A DNA stretch of 64,000 bases from Lysobacter sp. Its GTDB lineage: Bacteria > Pseudomonadota > Gammaproteobacteria > Xanthomonadales > Xanthomonadaceae. Below, piece after piece: positions 51,701-64,000 of this stretch; the first letter of the stretch is position 1; each line of letters begins with the position of its first letter. The stretch covers positions 17,941 through 81,940 of the forward strand of contig DATDBK010000080.1 in the NCBI GenBank assembly GCA_036524935.1, given 5' to 3'. The notes beneath the pieces are model-generated. The model ran no database searches. It was not told where the DNA came from and was given only the letters and a program-made list of their open reading frames with translations. Made by a program: the position numbers and the translations under genes.

Positions 51701-54700
51701 CCAGGCGCGCCAGGCGCGCGACCGTCGGGCCGTCAAACAACGCACGCAGCGACAGCGCGATGCCCAGTTCCTTGTTCAGGCGCGAGGTCAGCTGTGCCGC
51801 CAGCAGTGAGTGGCCGCCGAGCGAGAAGAAATCGTCGTCGACGCCCAGCTCGGGCACGCCCAGCACGTTGGCCATGGCCTCGGCGATGGTGCGCTCGAGC
51901 GGATTGCGCGGGGCGATGCGTTCGCCGGCAACGCGCGCGCTCATGTCCGGGACCGGCAAGGACTTGCGGTCGATCTTGCCGTTGGGCAGGAGCGGGATTG
52001 CGTCGAGCAGCATCAGGTGCTGCGGGATCATGTAGTCGGGCAGCGAGCCGCGCAGGTGCGACAGCAGAGTCGCTTCGTCGACCGTCTTTCCCTCTGCGGC
52101 GACGACATAGCCGACCAGGCGCACATCGCCGGGACGGTCCTCGCGCGCGGCAACCACCACGCGCGCCACGCCCGGGTGGGTCGCCAGCAACGCTTCGATT
52201 TCGCCCAGCTCGATGCGATATCCGCGCACCTTCACCTGGAAATCGAGGCGCCCCATGTGCTCGAGCACGCCGTCCTGGCGCCAGCGGCCGCGGTCGCCGG
52301 TGCGGTAGAGCCTGGCCGTGGCCGCCTTGGAGAAGGGATCATCGATGAAACGTTCGGAAGTCAGCTCGGCGCGATTGAGGTAGCCAAGGGTGACGCCGTC
52401 GCCACCGATCCAGATTTCGCCCGGCACGCCGAGCGGGCACAGCCCGCCTTGGGGGTCGAGGATCCAGACCTGGGTGTTGGCGATGGGTCGGCCGATATGG
52501 ATGTCGGCCGCCTTGCCTTGCGGCCCTGCGACAACGCGGGCGCAGGTCGACCAGACGGTCGTTTCGGTGGGACCGTAGACATTCCACAGCGAGCCGCAAC
52601 GTTGCAGCAGCTGCGCCGCCAGATCGGCCGGCAAGGCTTCGCCGCCGCACAGGATCCTGAAGTTCGCGTCGCCCTTCCAGTCGGCATCCAGCAGCAGGCG
52701 CCATGACGCAGGCGTGGCCTGCATGATCGTCGCGCCACTGCTGCGCACCAGCTCCGCCAGCGCCACGCCGTCGGTCGCGGTATCGCGATCGGCCAGCACC
52801 ACCTGCGCGCCGACACTCAGCGGCAGCAGCAGCTCGAGCACGGCGATGTCGAACGACAGGGTCGTCACCGCGACCAGGCGATCACTTTCGACGATGCCCG
52901 GCTCGCGCTGCATGCTCGCCAGGAAGTTGCTGACCGCACGGTGCGGCACTTGGACGCCCTTGGGTCGCCCGGTCGAGCCGGAGGTGTAGATCACGTACGC
53001 GATCGACTCCGGTTCGGCCGCCATCGCATCGCGCCCGAGGCGCTCACCCGGCAGGCTCTCGAGCTCGTCTTCGAGCGCGTCGAGGGCGAGCACCGGGCGG
53101 CCGCGCAGGTCGAAGTTTCCGGCATGCACCTGCTGCGTCAGCAGCGCCGCGAGGCCGGCGTCGCCGGCCATGTAGGTCAGGCGCTCGGCGGGAAAATGCG
53201 GATCCAGCGGCACGTAACCGGCGCCGGCCTTGAGCGTGCCGAGCAGGCCGGCGAGCATGTCGATGCCGCGGTCGAGCACGAGGCCGACCAGCGACCCGCG
53301 CCGCACGCCGCGACTGCGCAGCAGATGGGCGATGCGGTTGGAGCGGTCTTCCAGTTCGGCGTAGCACACTGCCCGCCCCTTGAAGCTCAGGGCGGTGCGA
53401 GCGGGCGTAAGGTCACACTGCCGCTCGAAGGATTCATGCATCCGGCATTCGCGGTCGAACGCGCTCGGTTCCGGCTGCAACGCATTGAGCTCGGCATAGG
53501 CGGTGGCATTGACCAGCGACAGCGCGCTGGCATTGGCATCGGGTCGTGCCACCGCATCGCGCAGCAGCGACTCGTATGCGGCCAGCCAGCGGCGGACCGT
53601 GTCGGCCTCGAACAGATCGGTGTTGTACTGGCACTCCAGGCGCATGCCGCCCTGGGTCTGCACGGCGTTGATGAAGAGCTCGAAGTTTTCGAAGCTGCGC
53701 GCGTTGTTGCTGAACTCCAGGGTCAGGCCCGGGAAACCGGCGGTCTCGCGCTCCAGCGCCTGGTCGATGTTGAACATCACGCTGCACAGCGGCAGCCGGC
53801 CGGGATCGCGTTCGACCCGCAGCTTCTGCAGCAGCGTGCCGAAGGTGTAGCGCTGATGGTCGATGGCGTCGAGCAGCGTCGACTGCGCCTCGTCGAGCAC
53901 TTTGCCGAACGCGTCCTTGGCCCCGATGCCGAACCGCAGCGGCAGCAGGTTCACGGCATGGCCGACCATCTGGTCGTTGCCGTCCACCGATTGCCCGGCC
54001 GCCGGGATGCCGACGACAACTTCGTCCTGCCCTGCCAGGCGCGACAGCACGCAGGCGAATCCGGCCAGCAGCGTCGCGAACAGGCTGGCACCACGGCGCG
54101 CGCCCATGCGCCGTACCGCAGCGACGAGTTCGGGGTCGAGCAGATAGTCCTCACGCAGCGAGGCAAAGCTGCGGCGAACCGGACGCGGCCGGTCCGTGGG
54201 CAGGTCCAGCACCGGCGCACCGCTGGCGAAGCGGGACAGCCAGTACGCCTCGTCGTCGGCATGGGTGCCACCGTCGGGATGGATCGCCTGCGCCAGCGCG
54301 TAGTCGGAGAACGCCAGCGCCGGCGCGATCGGTGCCACCGGAGCGCCGCAGCGACTGCCGTACAGCAGCCCCAGGTCCTGCACGATCAGCCACCACGACC
54401 AGCCATCGCAGACGATGTGGTGCGCGGTCAGCAGCAGGACGTGGTCGTCCTCGCCCAGGCGCAGCAGCTCGGCGCGGAACAGCTCGCCGTGGGCCAGTTC
54501 AAACGGGGTTTCCACCGCGACCCGCTGCCGTTCCAGGCGTGCCTCCTCGCGCGCCTGCGCGTCGAGTGACGACAGATCGGTGAACTGCAACTCCAGCTCC
54601 GCCACTTCGCGTACGCACAGCGTCTCACCATCGGGGCCGAAGTTGGAGCGCAGCGCGTCGTGGCGCTGCAGCAGGTCGACCAGGGCGGCATGCAGCGCCG

Positions 54701-54895
54701 CCTGGTCGAGACGGCCGCGCAGGTGCATCGACACCGATTCGTTGAATGCGAGCGTGGCATCGGCGCCCAGCTGGGCCGCCAGCCAGACTTCGCGTTGTGG
54801 TTCGGTGGTGGGTACGACCCGATCCAGTACGCCATCGGCGAAAGGGTCATAGTCGACCGTATCGCTGGCCGGTGTCTGCAGGATTGCCGCCATGC

Positions 54896-54899
<4 letters not shown>
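48708..54899 (-). CDS. NRPS, C-A(Gly)-T-C-T-TE-T (2063 aa)
   Basis: C1 HHIVCDG; A YTSGSTGRPKG and YGPTE; T FFSLGGHSL; C2 HHLIWDG; T FFTLGGHSL; TE GGSMG..LID..GSH; T FFDLGGNSM. Confidence 0.93.
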
Positions 54900-62398
<7,499 letters not shown>

Positions 62399-62590
62399 GT
62401 CAAATCCCCCGATGTTCTCTGAGGGATAACGTGCTTGCGGCGCAATGGCGGTCAGATGCGGACGTTTGCAGGTGCGAGGCGCGCGTTATTTGCCGTGTTT
62501 GTCGCCGCGCCGGGTACATGCAGATTGCCGGTCATCAGTACCAACGCAGTCAGGGCGGCAAAGCGGACTGCGTCGAGGCGTGGCTGCGTC

Positions 62591-62622
62591 CGTTGAGACC
62601 ATCCGGCGTCGAGACCATCTGG
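62591..62622. repeat. 16-bp tandem repeat in the divergent NRPS-PKS / J-domain intergenic region
   Basis: CGTTGAGACCATCCGG / CGTCGAGACCATCTGG (14 of 16 identical). Confidence 0.65.
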
Positions 62623-62702
62623 CCGGAGAAGGAGCCACTCGTCGCGGGCCCATGTGCGGACGGCCCCGGTACGCGCTACGATGCGCCGAATCAGGGGGGC
62701 CC

Positions 62703-63431
62703 ATGAGTCAGGACTTCTCGCTTCTGTACTTCCAGCTCGGCCTGGAACCGGGCTGCAGCCTTGACGACCTGAAGCGTGCCTACCGGGTGCGTGTGGCTGA
62801 ACTGCATCCCGATCGCCACAACGACGCCGCCGCGTCCGACGAGGATCACGAGGCGCTGACCGAGCTGACCGCCCTGTACTCGAAGGCCATCCGCTTCCAT
62901 CGGATTCACGGCAGGCTGCCGGGCGCAGCGCCGAAAAGCACCGGCTCGCACACGGTGCACGTCGCGCAACCGGCTCCCGCCTCCCGCAGCAGCCACGAAC
63001 ACACGCCCGCATCGACGCGCGCCGACTGGTCCGCCAGCCGCGCCGAGGCCCGACGCAACGCCTCCAACCGCAGCACTCCGACGCTGGCAATCGTGACCAT
63101 CCTGGTGCTGGTCGTCGTCATGATCGTGCTGCACTGGTCCGAGACCAGCTTCGAGCAGAAGGTCCAGGAAGGCCTGCACGCGCAGGAAGCAGCCGAACCC
63201 GCCTACGACCCGCAGCAACCGCGACTCGTACTGGGCATGGAGGAAGGCGCGGTCTTCGCGATCGAAGGGGCGCCGGTGGTGGTGCAGGACGACATCTGGA
63301 ACTACGGATCGTCCTGGGTCCGCTTCGAAGACGGACATCTCGTCGACTGGAGCAGTGCGCCCCCGAACCGGCTGAGTACCGCCACGCCGCGTCCGGTCAG
63401 CGAGGAAGAAGCGCAGGAGCAGGCGCAGTAG
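62703..63431 (+). CDS. Membrane-anchored J-domain protein
   Basis: LGLEPG..LKRAYR...LHPDR (HPD motif), linker, single TM (LAIVTILVLVVVMIVL), C-terminal small domain (LGM...EGAP...WNYGSSWVRF). Confidence 0.82.
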   Translation: MSQDFSLLYFQLGLEPGCSLDDLKRAYRVRVAELHPDRHNDAAASDEDHEALTELTALYSKAIRFHRIHGRLPGAAPKSTGSHTVHVAQPAPASRSSHEHTPASTRADWSASRAEARRNASNRSTPTLAIVTILVLVVVMIVLHWSETSFEQKVQEGLHAQEAAEPAYDPQQPRLVLGMEEGAVFAIEGAPVVVQDDIWNYGSSWVRFEDGHLVDWSSAPPNRLSTATPRPVSEEEAQEQAQ

Positions 63432-63458
63432 GCGCCTGCGACCGGATCGCCTGCCCCG

Positions 63459-64000
63459 TCAGCGCGCCCCGCGTTGGAACAGCACCACTTCGACCGTCTG
63501 CAACAGGATGATCAGGTCGAAGGCCAGACCGTGGTTCTTCACGTAGAACAGGTCGAACTTGAGCTTCTCCTCGGCATCCTGCACCGACGCGCCATACGGA
63601 TATCGAAGCTGCGCCCAACCGGTCAGGCCCGGCTTCACGCAATGGCGCACCGCGTAATAGCGGATCTCACGACTCAGCATGTCGACGAATTGCGGGCGCT
63701 CGGGCCTCGGCCCGACGATGCTCATTTCACCGCGCAGGATGTTGAACAGCTGCGGCAGCTCGTCGAGCCGGGTCAGGCGGATGAAGCGCCCGACCCGCGT
63801 GGTGCGGTCGTCGCCGGTCTGGGCCCAGCGGGCAACGCCATCGACCTCGGCGTCCACGCGCATGCTGCGGAACTTGATCAGCTCGAACGGGCGACCGCCC
63901 TCGCCGATCCGCGTCTGCTGGTACAGGATCGGGCCGCTCGACTCCATGCGGATGCACAGCGCGACCAGCGCCATGAACGGCCAGGTGACGATCAACAGCG
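63459..64000 (-). CDS. Priming undecaprenyl-phosphate sugar phosphotransferase (WcaJ/WbaP family), C-terminal part; starts beyond right edge
   Basis: KFRSM, LDELPQLFNILRGEMSIVGPRPE, VKPGLTGWAQ, EKLKFDLFY. Confidence 0.92.
   Translation of the reverse strand, partial: LLIVTWPFMALVALCIRMESSGPILYQQTRIGEGGRPFELIKFRSMRVDAEVDGVARWAQTGDDRTTRVGRFIRLTRLDELPQLFNILRGEMSIVGPRPERPQFVDMLSREIRYYAVRHCVKPGLTGWAQLRYPYGASVQDAEEKLKFDLFYVKNHGLAFDLIILLQTVEVVLFQRGAR

Overview
High-GC (roughly 65-70% by eye) chromosomal window. Gene content and order suggest a Lysobacteraceae (Xanthomonadaceae) bacterium such as Lysobacter; this is an inference. Bases 1-17.2 kb are core housekeeping genes: amiC(partial)-tsaE-nnr, queG, pcnB-folK-panBCD-pgi, tRNA-Glu(CTC), fdxA, dapA with a lipoprotein, gcvR-bcp-PhoH, and thiD. 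Bases 17.3-26.3 kb hold a complete kdpFABC-DE potassium uptake locus headed by a TorF-like porin gene. From 26.3 kb to the right edge (and beyond it) lies a Wzx/Wzy-dependent exopolysaccharide locus resembling the PEP-CTERM/exosortase-A-associated type. It contains galE, a short OPX, a copolymerase, a degenerate BY-kinase, a beta-barrel, 4 glycosyltransferases, Wzy, 2 deacetylases, a beta-helix protein, Wzx and a priming transferase. The stand-out feature is a 13.7-kb hybrid NRPS-PKS assembly line inside this EPS locus: [half-C]-A(Ser)-T-KS-AT(malonyl)-ACP-aminotransferase followed by C-A(Gly)-T-C-T-TE-T. It is translationally coupled (ATGA overlaps) to two atypical alpha/beta-hydrolases, followed 5 nt later by the Wzx flippase. 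I infer a megasynthase-driven polysaccharide-decorating system rather than a free secondary-metabolite pathway. No database search was run, so family names come from motif recognition, and novelty is not established.
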